Origin: Fistulifera solaris
Taxonomy: Eukaryota
Assembly (NCBI GenBank): GCA_030295235.1
Contig: AP026127.1
Span: 558,001-622,000, forward strand
Length of the DNA stretch: 64,000 nucleotides
Direction: 5' to 3'
Part shown: one piece after another, positions 1 through 13,412 of the stretch
How positions within the stretch are numbered: position 1 is the stretch's first letter
Layout: each line of letters starts with the position of its first letter
Notes under the pieces: generated by a model
What the model was told of the DNA's origin: nothing
Database searches by the model: none
Seen by the model: only the letters and a program-made list of their open reading frames with translations
Program-made: the position numbers and the translations under genes

Positions 1-3000
1 GCATCTCGGTGCGAACGGAGCTCGAATAGGCGATATTTAAGTGTTGAAATATTTTGTTCCACATAATTGATCCATTCATCAAGTGCAAGGAAGTAAGGAA
101 CAAGACAAGGAATCACGGAGCATCGAACTGAGCTTTGTCCAACCTTCCCGTACGACACCAGGTAAGACAGTTCAAGGACCGAGACCCCGACGAAGCTAGA
201 ACAACTATCTCGCTTCGTTTCCAAATTTTTCTCCCAAACATGCTCTTGAAATAAGTAAGGGACACGATAAATCAATCGCCAATCGATAAATTCGTTGTAA
301 CTTTCGGAAACTGTTTTGCGGTCGGTAAGAAAGCGATGAATCCATCTTGCCCCCCTTCTCAGTGTAGAAAAGATTTGTGACAAGTATAGTTTTCCTCGCC
401 CCTCTGTCATCACGGACGACAAGACTAGTACAATAAGATGATCCCGTATGAAATCGGCACTCCCATCAACCACTAAGATACCCTGAAAACTAGTCTGGTG
501 TGTTATCCAGTCAGTAGATGCTCGATCCTCCTGTAGATATGATTGTAAGACACGAGCACGCCATCTGATATCCGCGAGTTTGGGGTCGATAAGCCAATCG
601 TCGCGAATAGACAAGACATCGACTAATGGCACAGAATTAGATAGCTGAGGACATCTAGAGTTTTCGTTCGACAAAAGACCCGCTTCACAAGTTTCGCGGT
701 AGCTGTTAAGCGATTGAAAACATAAACCTCGTCGGATCAAGGATAAGGCGACGGTCATGGTTGGCCGTAAATGTGTCAACCCGCTTAGCGAGGAAAACGG
801 TTTCGAAATACACGAGGACTTGGTTCCTCCCCCCTTCTTAATAGTCGTCATGTCAATTTCTGTGTTCAGTTCGTTAGATGGAACGAATGAGATCTCAACA
901 CAACGGTTTCTCATTGCTCTAGACACCTCTCCGTAATTCGGATCACACGACAGAAAAATTCGAAAAGACGGATGGGCAAAGATCTCTCTCGCAGAGACAT
1001 CCTGTTTGTCATGTCCTCCTTCAGCCAGAAACAAGCTGCCGCCTGGTTCCATGACCGGATTAAGACGATCCAGTACGGATGATGGACAAACATTAGCATT
1101 CTTCAAATGCAACCAATAGCCATTTTTCATGGCTTCGACGAGCGGTCCATCTTTCCAAGTAAATGATCCCTCTTCACCACGCTGCTTTCCCAAAATGTAT
1201 TTATCAAACAGTGATTTCGCACGCGAAAGAAAGCTAATGTCGTCGGAAGAGAAAAGGCCCTGCTTTACCTCCTTCACTATTGCCAAAAGGTTCAGGGATT
1301 TCGTTACACTATTTTGTAAGTCGACTTTGGACTGCTCGATCGAAGCTTTGAGATCTTGTATAAGTGAGCCTAAAGCACGAGACGTCTCGGCGTCGGCAAT
1401 CAAGGTAAGTAACCGCTCGCTCAAGGAGAGAAGTATAACTATCGACGAAACGACTTCTTCAGACGCATCAGCCTGTTCAAAAGTCCCAACAAGCTCAGAA
1501 ACGTCAGAGGAAGAAGAAAGAGCCACTTCTATTGTCCTAGCTCCAACCACATCAGCCAGCGCTCTGACCACCGATGTTTTACCAACGGCAGAATTCCCAA
1601 CTAGTAAGCACGGCCAATTCATCATCACACACCGACTTGCTGCACGCAAGCTTTCACGCTGGGCAAAGAAAGGAATTGTGTCTTCGTAAAGTGGCTCTGT
1701 TTGTTCACAATCAATGGCTTTGTTTCGCTTTACAATGACGTCATCAATAGAGATATCACCAATTGAAGTACGAAGCTCTGTCTTTGGCGCATGACCCATT
1801 TCCCCGAAATACTCTTTGCACAGTTGCCGTACTGCTTCTCGGTCCGCCGAAACGCGGAAACGTTGAATGTATAAATCACTCAACACAGCAAGCACATTCT
1901 CACTTTGTTTGCTCATTACAGCCAAAAATCGAAAAACATCACGCAAGTTGAACTCCCAAGGGCTCCCTGAAGTTCCGAGACGACCGCAGCATGTCTCTGA
2001 ATGGAGGCGGGTATTAAATCGGACAATTTGCTCCACAAAACATCTATTTAATGAGGCAGAACTCCCCAAACAAATTTCAACCATATCAGTCTCAGTAAGT
2101 TCGTCAACATAGACCTTGCTGAATCTGTTTAAAAAAGATTTCGGCAGCCCTTTCCTGCCCCCCTCCTTGCCCAAGCGGGTTTTGAGCCGCAAAAACACGA
2201 AATGTAGGGGGGCACTCAAAGGTAGAACCCAGCTCTGGGATAAAGACACTTGCTCTGTGGTCCAAGCAGCTATTTAGGCCTTCAAGAACAGATTGTGGTG
2301 CGAGATTCAGCTCGTCAAGCAGAACCCAATCGCCGTTTTTTATTGCCGTCAATAAAGCACCATCTCGCCAACGAAATGAATGTTGAGAAGTTCCTGATCC
2401 GTTTTTCTCCACTACAGGGAGGTCAGTGCCCATCAAATCAGAAATGTCAGTCTGCTCCGAGAGATTAATCCGAGTCAGACGGTGACCAGAAGCAGAAGCA
2501 AGGGCAGCAATCAATGTTGTTTTTCCTACGCCAGGCGATCCTTCCAAAAGTATCGGCTTCGTGAGCTGCATGGCTCGTAAAACTCTTTGGATGTTAAGAG
2601 CTGGAGTCTGGGCTCTGAAAGAAAAAGGAGGATCTATTACCAAGTGTCCGCCTATGGGGATCTGAAATGGACCTGCTCCAAAATGACCATTAACGCATCG
2701 AACAGGAGACGAAAGCGAATCCTCTAAGGTCGTATGTGACATGTAATCCTTAATTCGGCTTTCTGATAGCTGTTTGAGCTTCAAAATGTCGTCAACTGAA
2801 ATTCCCCCCTGTACCAAGACCGAGTCCATCCAGATGCATCATTCTTGCGCCATGCAAAATAGCATCTTCAATGGGTATACAAGCTGATTTAGAGCAAGCT
2901 GCTATGAACTCTGTCCATGTAATCATGTCCCTGAGTGAGAGCGTAAAGGCCCTGTACTGACTTTGAGAATCTTCGCACACGTTTTTATTAAACCATTCGA

Positions 3001-6000
3001 TGTATTTCAAAATTGGTGGCATTATTCGAGAAACAGAGGAAGAGTCTAGTGATATTGATAGTGACTGGTCAAGGACAAGCTCAATGTCTCTCATCTCGGA
3101 GATGGGCGGAACCCATATTTCTGTAAATCGGCTTCTTAATGCTGGACTGAGCTCTCGCTTACCAAAATCACCACCAGGATTCATCGTAGCGAAGAGACGA
3201 AATCGCTTATGACTCTTGATTACTAAATCTTCCGGTGACAAAGAGCCTTTTTCTGCCAAAACCAGCGTTCGGGCAGGTTCGAGAACAGAATTAAGCCGCT
3301 CAAGAACTGCGTCTTCAGCCAAGCTCATTTCATCCAGTAATATCATGTGACCTTCTTTCATAGCTTGAACCAACGAACCGTCAATCCATTCAAAGAGTGC
3401 GTGATGACGCTGAATAAGGAGTTCTAAATGACCTAGTTCGAAAGGTACATCGACTTCAGGGAAAGGAATGGCTGTGCTATCTGCGGAATTTAATTTTCGT
3501 CGTTTGGCGCTCATGTCGTGATCATCAAGGTGCTTTTCTTTTGCGCTTTTTAAAATGCTTTTCGCGTACCGGACAATAGCCTCATCATCTTCCTCTGAAA
3601 AATGCACAGCATCATGTTGCTCCAACAGATTCCTTACATTCAAGGGGACTTCGATCGTCTGTGGTAACCAGGGCATCTTGCTTGTGAAAAGGAGATCGCG
3701 AAGACAAGTCAAGAGACTTTGCAGTACTGCTGAACGGCCGCGCACAGGCCTAAGACCCCCAATAAGGTCTGAGATTTCGGTAGTTGCGTGACAGTTTACC
3801 ACGTCTAGCTTGTAGTCTAGAACTGATGCGAGATATTGTACAACGGTGGTCTTCCCGCAGCCAGTGTCTTGTAGCAGCGACGCGAAGCAGAATTTAAGCA
3901 GGATAACACATGATGAAGCAGGTAAATTGTATGCACGTACCTCCAACGAGCAAAACGGGTTCTTCATTCTTGATGCAGCGTAAAACTAAAGTCAAAAGTC
4001 TTAGCAGGGAACGAGTGGGCGCTATTCGGGTACCCTCGACATCGTTCTTCGCTCTTAATTGGTCAAGAAGAACCCTAGCCTCGGATAAATCCCCATAGTA
4101 TGCCTCTTCAATGTTAACACAAACTCCTAGCTTCTCTTCGATTTCACTCTTCACGCATTCCTTCTCCTCCAGCGACCTCAAGCGCTCAGCAAGTAACATG
4201 TATCCTTGTTGTGCAAGTTCTGACTTAGAAGAACAACCTCGTCCAGCCCAGCGAAGCAGATCACGAGGAGTAATTAAGCTGTCCCTGCCAAGAAATACAC
4301 CGCTGCTTCCTCTTCGTTGACGCAAACCTTCCATCACGGCGACGAGTTGTTTTGCGTGAGATAGAGGAGCTGAACACCTAAGATGCAATATATTCACCAT
4401 TTCATGGCTGGGTATGTCCGGAACAAACATTTCCACAAAACGGTTGCGAAATGCTCTTGACAAAGGCTTTCTTCCGCCATATGCTCCGCTTGGATTCTGA
4501 GTAGCAAATAAACGGAAACGCGGATGCGCTTTCACGGTTTCGTTTATTTCCGAAAGATAAAGCTCCCTGTTATCGTCAAGAAGGCGATTCAGGGCTTCCA
4601 AAATGTCACTAGGCGCTAGATTCAATTCATCCAATATAACCCAATCACCTCTTCGTAAAGCCCGCACAAGAAGCCCATCTTGAAATGTTAAAGACCCATT
4701 TGCATCAGCTGTGAAACCACCCGTATACTCCTGGATATCAGTGTGCTCATGATTATTTATGCGCACGACTCGGTGACCGCATCTGGCAGCGATATATTCA
4801 ACAATTGTTGTCTTTCCCGCCGAGGTAGGCCCTTCTAGCAGGACGGGCCATGGGCCTGCGGCAATGGATGCTGTCAATCTACGCAAATTTTTCTCAGTAC
4901 TGGGAGTTAGAATGAATTTCGACCGCGGTTCAGTTATAGTCTCGCTGGACCAGTCAATCGGGTCAAGCGGGCCTTTCTCGATCCAGAACGGTTTGATCAG
5001 CAAGTACTCGGAACCTTCGTTACCACCTGGACGCCTCCCAGGATGTTGCATCTCTTTTGATCCAAGACCTTTTCCTAAATTTGACATTATGGCTTTCTTA
5101 ACAATCTTTGACGACTTTTCATCAAGCACGCCCTGAAAAGCAAGGGTAAAGCCTTCTACTAAGGCTCTTTGCAACGACAAATGTTGCTTAAGCACAAGAC
5201 TTTTCGCAGCAGATAGCGCACGCGTCAGACTTCTCAGTGTATAGCGTGGTCGCTGACCATTACCATCAGCGAGCGAAGTCTGCGAAAGTGCACGGCATTC
5301 CAAGTATGTATCTACACAAGCAATGACTGATTCTACGTGATGAGGCTCTCTATCGCTTGCCGGTAGAGCACCACTCAGGTATCGTCCCGCTACTTTTCTG
5401 AGTTCAAGTGGATCAATTAGCTCATCCACGTAAAGTTCAGTAAAGCGCGATCGCACATTTGCGTTCAAATCTCTTTTCCCAGTATCTGTAGCTGGATTCA
5501 TGGCCGCGAAAAGTCGAAATTCGGGGTGTCGTGAAAGCGCGACGGAATCACCACGTTCTGTCAGCGTAATACTACTGTTGGAATCGTCTAAGAGCCCACA
5601 CAGCCTCTGGAGAGTTTCCGACGAAGCTAAATTGATTTCATCAAGCAAAACCCATGAGCCGCATCGTATAGCATCCACTAAAGCACCTTCCGTAAACACA
5701 AAAGCAAAGCCAGAGTCGCACGCTAAACGCTGCTGCTCGAAACGATCAGCCATACTCTTAAATCGATTCCACGACTCAAAAGAACTTTTATCGCTTGTTC
5801 CTTCTTTTCGTTTTTCTTCCAACTTTTCCAAACCTTGTGCCGCTGCACGGCGAAAGCACTGCGATAACTTCTTCCACTGCTTTTTTCTCAAGCATGAAGT
5901 AGTAAAATCGAGAAAGCTAGCATTCTGTTTGCGTGAAAAAGTGACAGTGAAGAGGTCTACAAACTGTTGATGGACGAGCCGAGCCACGTGTTCGATCTCG

Positions 6001-8198
6001 AGAGGACGAAAGCCACCCAACAAATCAGTCGAATCAGTTTGAAGTGATAAGTTTTGAACGATCAACTCGCGTCCGCAAAGGCTCGCCAGATGTTGCAATA
6101 CTGTCGTTTTACCGCAACCAGTTTCTCCTACCAGTAGCGTAGGCTCATTCTGGCGGACGCAGACAGCAATCGATTCCATAAGACGTAACGAGTTTTGAGT
6201 TTGAGCAAAGGTAGCAGTCTGTTTGCGGTTTAAAGCCTGGAAGTTGGATATGTGTATTCTGCATCTGCCCAACTCTGTAGCGTTCGGATGCAAAATAATT
6301 TCGGGCCCTCTGAAATTTACATAGCTTGTGGCGAGTTCCGCAGATATTCCCCACATCGGTGCAGCGATACTCCGTACGAAGTTATCTCTTTCATGAGAGT
6401 CAGGACAGGCTGCTATAAAAACATCAAAAGTTTCCCCCAGACAAAGAGTGCGTTGGCCTTCAGTGATATACTGCGCATTGGCCTCAAATGTAATAGTCTG
6501 CTTGATACGCGCCAGCAGTTTAAAAAGATCCCTGACACTTGGTGTGCGTCCGGACCATTTCAACATCTTATGGTCAGGCCCCTCCCCATTCCGCCCACTT
6601 GGATCCATAGAGCAAAATACTTTCAGAGCCGTTTGAATGACAATATTTGGTAGCTCCGGATAAAGCCCAGTAGCGACCTCTTGGAGTTCATTCGAAGTAA
6701 GCGGGTTAACCTCCACCTTTGCCAATATGCTGGAAACATTACACGTCCTTTCCCTGCCTTATTTGTGAGCGTAGCGAAAAGCCGAAAGCGAGGATGACAC
6801 CGCTCCAGTTTCCCATTTCCTAAAGGCAGCAAGCCGTCCTTAAGTAACTGAACTAACGAAGCCTGAATTTCGAAAGGAACCGTATCCAAATCTTCAAACA
6901 ACACCCATCGACCCTCCCGTACAGCCCGTGTCAATGCCCCCGGACGCCATTCAAATTGCCCAGGAATATCAGTAGCAGTGTAGGTTCCAATCAGTGTTTT
7001 TGTATCCGTTTCTTCGTCGACGTGAAGTTCTAGCAAAACGTCGTCGTTACTCCCGCCAAAGAGTCGAGCTACCTCACGCACCAAACTGGACTTGCCAGAT
7101 CCTTGCTGACCCGTCAAAAGAATGGGATAGGGAGCACAAAGAGCCGCTCCGAGACGCGTCAAGTTTTGGGCTGTAGTTTTGGTATGTACAAGGGATGCTG
7201 GTCTCAGCGAAGATATCGAGTTTTGAAGAGCGTCATGTTTCACAAAAGGATGCCCCGACCAACCTCTATCAAATAAGGGTGCAGAGGAATATGCTCACGA
7301 ATCAGCTCTGCCGAAGGCATATAGAACGACTCATCGTCGGTATTGGTCCACAATATTGTAGTTCGACCCTCCACATAAAGGGATTGCACAACTTCCTCTT
7401 CCCGATCCAGATCCCACGGATGCGGCACCCAAGGAACGAGCTCTTCCTCCACGCCACGATCCGCATAAAACTCGGCTTTGACTTGACTAGAAAGCTGAAG
7501 AAGCCACGCCACTGCTCTTACGGTGTGCCATTTTGTAGCAGGGTGATTGTCTTTCTCGTCCGAATTCAACCATCCAAAAATCGGAGCCCAATTCCACAAC
7601 GAGGATAGTACTTTGTGATGCCTCATTTGACGACAATAAAAACGACATAGTCGATGCGTAGCTTCAGCAAGCGACCAGTTTGGGATTTCCGTTAACGGGC
7701 ATTGTGGAAAGGTCCGAAACACGTCCGTGACAAGAGGCTCCAGATGAGGAGCGACCGGTAGCCAAATCGAAAAGAGGGAGAAAAAGCGACTGGTATTCCT
7801 CATTGAACGAGGTGCAAATACGTGCGGCGACATCCATCGCGACCGGAGCCATCGCACGAAGCAAAATGCGGAGATAGTCCACTCGGCGCCATTTGTACAG
7901 GACCTGTTCGTCTTCAATTTCGTCGTCTTCCGTCGGAGGGGGGATCATTCCGGGACTTCAGCTCTTGTCGCGCCGGCAAATCATCCACCGGAGTTTCTAA
8001 CGTGTCGAGATGCGAGGCTTGCAAAAGCAGTCTAGCAATCTGTTCTAAATAATCCGAAAGATCTCCTGCATCGCAGTCCATAGGATCCGAACGAGCAACA
8101 AGGGCCACCGCGGAACGAATACGCTGCAGGTACAAAAGCGTCAGATTCGCTGTATCCGCATCGACCGCTTTCGCTTCATCTCCCGCTGCAACACTCAT
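1..8198 (-). CDS. MDN1: Midasin/Rea1 AAA+ ATPase, 5' portion; runs off the left edge; at least one intron (~3869-3940) and several frameshifts
   Basis: Successive AAA modules with Walker A (GQQGSGKS, GETGCGKT, GPTSAGKT, GSPGVGKT) and Walker B (WVLLDEINLA, WVILDELNLA) motifs, plus FRLFATQNP...GGRKPLSRAFRNRF, across ORFs 6623-7243, 3894-6725, 2792-3967 and 2104-2829. Confidence 0.95.
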
Positions 8199-8356
8199 GT
8201 TTTCGTTTCTGTAAGCAACCGTAGGTCTTTTCTTTAACAATGTAAATTTCTTCACAATAAAAAACAATGATGTTTTTTTCGTTCCAACATTTTTTCGATG
8301 AAGAATATTTTCGCTGGCTCTGCGGCGAGAAAGTCAACTGACATCCGCACAGACGG

Positions 8357-8840
8357 TTCCAGAAATTTTGGACCAGTTGAATTTCATTGATACAGAAAAT
8401 CTGGGGAAGTCCAGAAATTCTGGGATGGTCCAGAAATTCTGGACCAAGTGTATTTCACTTATACAGAAATTCTGGGATGGTCCAGAAATTCTGGAGCAGT
8501 TGTATTTCACTTATACAGAAATTCTTTTCCAGAAACTCTGGACCAGTTGTATTTCATTCATACAGAAAATCTGGAGCGTTCCGAAATCATTTGACAAGGT
8601 GTATTTCATTCATAAAGAAGATTTGGGGCGATCTTCGGAAATTCTGGACCAGGTGTATTTCATTCACAGAGAAAATCTAGGTTGGTCCAGAAAATCTGGA
8701 CCAGTTCTAATTCATTCATACAGAAAATCTGTATTGTTCCAGAAATTCTGGCAAGGTGTATTTCATTCATAGAGAAAATTCGGAGAGGTCCAGAAATTCT
8801 CGTCCAGGTGTATTTTCAATCATACAGAAATTCTGGGGTG
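8357..8840. repeat. Degenerate minisatellite, ~52-bp unit with two CCAGAAATTCTGG-like cores
   Basis: Repeated CCAGAAATTCTGG-ACCAGTTGTATTTCATTCATA-CAGAAAATCTGG read directly. Confidence 0.9.
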
Positions 8841-9316
8841 GGTATCTTTTTATTACTCCGTACTCCGTATTTTTTAGAGTTCTACTGAAAACAGACTAAA
8901 TATACTATCGCGTTATGAGTTCGTTTACAGAACTCTCGACTTAAATTGATTTCAGTCCCGGAAAAACAATGGTTTACCAAGCTCTTTTTTTTAGCAAAGA
9001 GTCATTTCTTTAGACCGGTATGGTCTTTGATGCTTTAACAGTAGTCTAAGTTAATCTTGAACAAAAACGTCACCACAAATGTCGGACGCGTCTTACTGGG
9101 TTACTTATGAGACAAACAATTTGATTTTCATTTCCATCAACATAGCTTTCTATTTAAACTTTGTTCTAATTCAAAAGCCGTTCCTATGAGTATTTATTTA
9201 TTGGTGACCAGGAGCACAACGATGCGCACACGTCGAAAAATGCATTGGTTATGTTAGAGAACTGACGCAAAGTTGTTGATTGCTGACATTCAACAAAGAA
9301 TTCCTGTGTTTGATGT

Positions 9317-9894
9317 CTATGTCTCTAAGAGAGCCTTCCATTTATCCATCGCCTTCTCCGGAGTGTCTACGTGTCGAACACAATCACTGACACCGTCCGT
9401 GGTAAGGACTCGACCCGACGCCTGATCGAGAAGAATTAGAGTCGGAACCCCAAATTGTCGATCCTCGACGCCGACTTCCTGTCGTTCCACCGCCGCACAT
9501 GTCTTGAAATGACGCTTCAAAGCGGAACGCTCCAAACCATTTTCGTAAGGAATCGATTGAAAGACGGAATGATTGCAGCTTTTCATCATTTCCTCGGCAC
9601 TCCGATCGCTGCTGACGTAGTAAATCGCCAGATTGGACGCGTCGTTGGCTTTCGCCGCCTGGACCACCGTTTCGACCTTGGGTACATCTTTTGACAATCC
9701 GGACACCAACCAGCGGAGAAGAGCAAACCCACAATCTTGACAGGTTTCTGTTTCTCAGAGAACTCCGTCAATGAAGGAAATCGATTGGCTAAACTTTGCG
9801 CGGACATGGTTTCGACGCTGAAAGCAGCCGTACGCTTCATGGCCAGGGCGATTGCAGCGGTGGCAGAGAAGAGCAGTGTATCCATTCTTTTCAT
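9317..9894 (-). CDS. Nucleoredoxin/tryparedoxin-like thioredoxin, probably plastid-targeted; one frameshift near 9690
   Basis: LLFSAGWCPDC active site, IYYVSSDRS and FGVPTLILLD motifs; N-terminal hydrophobic stretch followed by AAF. Confidence 0.8.
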
Positions 9895-10482
9895 TTGATA
9901 ATCAATAAAATATCAACGGAAATTCAAATTCAATAAAAGAAACGGAGAAAAGCAATGATCTCGTCGTGTTGCAACCTTTTGTTGCTACAATTGCTTAACC
10001 TTACGCAACGACTTCCGTTTACCCCATCGTACCGGTAACTATTACATCGAAACGTAAACCCGTTAGGACATAGGCAACCAGAACTCAAAAACAGATGTCC
10101 ACGTCCAAGTTCTTTGGAGGTTTCGGAACTACAGAAAGAAAGGCTTCCTTTCCTGTACTGTCTACTCTACCGTAAAAAATGTTTTAACTTGGCAATACTC
10201 AGCAAGAACCCAAAAGAACTTCCTTGTCAGTACCATTTCTTGATACAGGAGAGTACGTTATCCGACAAGTCACGGAAACTAGTACTATAAGCTCTTATAG
10301 TGGAAAAAGACTATCTTTCGAAATGACAAATGATACATCCCACGCACGATCTTTTTGCAGCAGTGTTTCCGTGGGGCGAAAAAAAGTTGACACAGAATTT
10401 CTTCTCCACCCAAAAGATCCGCAAACGAAGTTGGACACAATCATCTTTCCTTCCAAAGCCGGCTTCAGAAGTTAGGATCACC

Positions 10483-13198
10483 ATGAAGGTACTTTCGGCG
10501 TGGCTATTCGCCGTGCTTTTCGCACCGTGTAGTGCGTACGACTACGCCGTTGTAGGGTGAGTTGACTTTCCGCTATGATTATTCGTTGTCCGGATCTTCG
10601 TTTTCTTTGACTCACCTTGTTCGTTCTTTGCTCACCCAACAGAGCGGGCGAAATCGAACTCATCGACAAAGAAACATCCATCCCTGGAATTAAAACTATC
10701 TTCAAAGACAAACCGGCCCTGGTTTCCGTCAGCGGCATCGAATGGGAAGCGAGCGAAACGCCCACAAGTACTTTGACATTGAATTGGGTGACGCTCGTCG
10801 ACGGCGAAATCGTCACGAGTGGCTCCGTCGACTTGGACAGCACGTCGCGAGAACTGCTCACCAGCATCGATGCGGGTGAAATCATCATCAGTGATCGAGG
10901 ACGTTCGACCGTCGAAGTGCGTCTGCAGGTCGACAATTCGTCGGCGAGCACGACCGCTGAGTTTCAAGTCTTTGGTGCGGGTGCCGCCATTGCTCCTCTC
11001 CTGATCATCTTGTTCTTGGCCATGACAACCAAAATGGTAAGTGAATTGTTGCTTGAAATATGTACTGAAGGATACCTCCTCTCACTGTCGTATAGGTGGA
11101 GTTTTCGCTTTTCACAGGCGTCTTTGTGGGTGCCTGCATGATCGCCGGAAACATCAACGACGGCTTCAAGTCGACTCTTGACACGTACATCCTCGGAGCC
11201 ATCAATGATGAAGGACACGTCTTTGTTGTGCTTTTCACGCTCTTCTTGAGTGGAATGGTTGGTATGATGCAAAGGTCGGGTGGTATGCTCGGCTTTACCA
11301 GAGATGTCAGTCGTTTTGCGACGACGCCGCGCCTGGGACAAGCCGCCTGCTTTGCGGTAGGCTGCTTTATTTTCTTTGACGATTATGCCAACTGCTTGCT
11401 GGCAGGAGAAACGATGCGTCCTCTTCTTGACCTGCTGAGCGTTTCGCGAGAGAAGCTCGCTTTTCTCGTCGACGCCACGGCCGCTCCTGTTGCGAGTATC
11501 TCGCCAGTATCCAGTTGGGTGGGATTTGAAGTCGACCTCATTCAACAAGAAATCGACAAAATCATTGAAATTGAAAGCATCCGACAAGGTGTTGACAATC
11601 CGGTAGGTTCACAGCTCTAGATTGTTTCGTCGATCATCCACTCACATTTTGACCTTTAATTCACAGGAAATCAGCATCAAGACTTCTGGTTTCGCAGTTT
11701 TCTTCCAAAGTATTAAATATCGTTACTATGTAAGTGCATGGAGACGTGGTGACCGTAGACATGATCGTTGAAACCTAACCCTTCGTCTTCACATTGCAGC
11801 CTATTCACATGATCCTCTTTATCGTTGTTATGATTTACTCGAACCGCGATTTCGGCACGATGTTGATCGCCGAACGCAAGACACGCGTCTACCAACGTAA
11901 GGATGGAGGCGATGGAAAAGGTAGAGCCAGCGAACTTGAGGAAAAGGCAGAGAACCAGCCCAAAGATGACACCCCGCTTCGTTCCTGGAATATGCTCTTG
12001 CCAGTTTTCCTTTTGATATTCTTCATCTTCTATTTGCTCGTCAAGAGTGGTGAAGTTGAAGGAGAAGACCAAAGCATCATGGATAAAATTGAGGTCTCAG
12101 ATAGCTATGTGGCCCTCTTATGGGGCACCATGGCAGCAGCCATGTGTACACTTCTCATCTATCTTGTCCAAACGGTCAAGGACGGAGACTTCGTTCTTCC
12201 TACTACAGGAATGTCGGAAATGATGTCCAACTTGTTCAACAGAGATCGCGACAATGACGGAGTTTCGAAGGCTCGCTCACTGATGAGTGTGAACGATTCG
12301 ATCGAAGCCTTTTTATTCGGCATGGGACGAATCTGTAAGTCATCGCATGTCACGACTTTTTTCTTGTAAAGAAATCTAATCCTTGGAATTTTAGTTCCTG
12401 CATTGATTGTGCTGACCTTAGCTTGGGCCTCCGGAGCAATCATGGTCGCTGTCGGTGCAGACCGTCTCTTTTCCGCAATCATCACGAATGGAATAGAAGC
12501 GAAATGGCTTCCTACTCTATCTTTCGTAATTTCTTTGTTCATGGCGTTAGCGACTGGTAAGGATGTTTTCAACAAAATTCAAATTATTGACTTACCGTTA
12601 CCATGGCTTGCGAACTCATCATTGCATCTCATTTACAGGTACATCATGGGGTACAATGAGCATTCTCTTCCCTCTCATCTTGATTCCAACATACGATGCT
12701 GCGAATGGAGACGATACCATTTTCTACGCTGTCACGGCTGGCGTCCTCAGCGGCAGCGTCGCTGGCGACCACGTTAGTCCCATTTCGGACACGACTGTGC
12801 TAAGTGCACTAGCATGCGACTGCGACCTTTTAGCTCACGTGAGCACTCAAGCTCCCTACGCTGCTTTTGTTAGCGTGATAGCTATATTACTTGGTACCAT
12901 TCCAATCGGCTTTGACGCATTCCCTAACATCGTCGGACTATTGTTGGGTTGGGGTGTTATCATCGCATTCATTTACTTGGTGTGCGTTCCGGTAATCAGT
13001 GAAACTGGAAAATATGACATTGTGACTGAGCTGTATCTCAAAATTCGCGGCGGAGACGACACGCCGCTCGCAATTCTCAAGGAAGACACAGCAAAAGCCT
13101 TTGCCGGCGAGTTAGTTATAAAAGAGAAGAATTTGGAGAGCTCAGGCAGCGAAGGCGAAGAGGACCAAATTCTCAAGGATTTGGGAGATGAATCCTAA
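10483..13198 (+). CDS. NhaC-family Na+/H+ antiporter-like transporter, multi-exon, with signal peptide and soluble N-terminal domain
   Basis: IFFDDYANCL, SREKLAFLVDATAAPVAS, GTSWGTMSIL, GDHVSPISDTTVLS motifs; several short GT-AG introns. Confidence 0.88.
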
Positions 13199-13412
13199 GA
13201 TTTTCGGTCACAAAATCGTTCGCTGCGCCTTTTCTGGGGCATTCCAGGTGGCGGTAGATGTGTGTTTATGTTGAATTCGTTTGTGAACATGATTACCTTT
13301 TTTACGTACTCTTATATGATTAAATTGTTGTTTCGATACGCTTCGACGTAGACGTCTGACATAAGCACTAAATATAATAAAGGTATATCTAACAAATGTA
13401 ATAGGCCAGAGC

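Noticed and set aside
1129..1689. Long antisense ORFs (e.g. 1129-1689, 5500-5970, 29452-30081, 23974-24288)
   Set aside because: Shadows of real genes on the opposite strand
8357..8840. CCAGAAATTCTGG arrays as CRISPR arrays
   Set aside because: Spacers within an array are copies of each other, the repeats are degenerate, there are no cas genes and the context is eukaryotic
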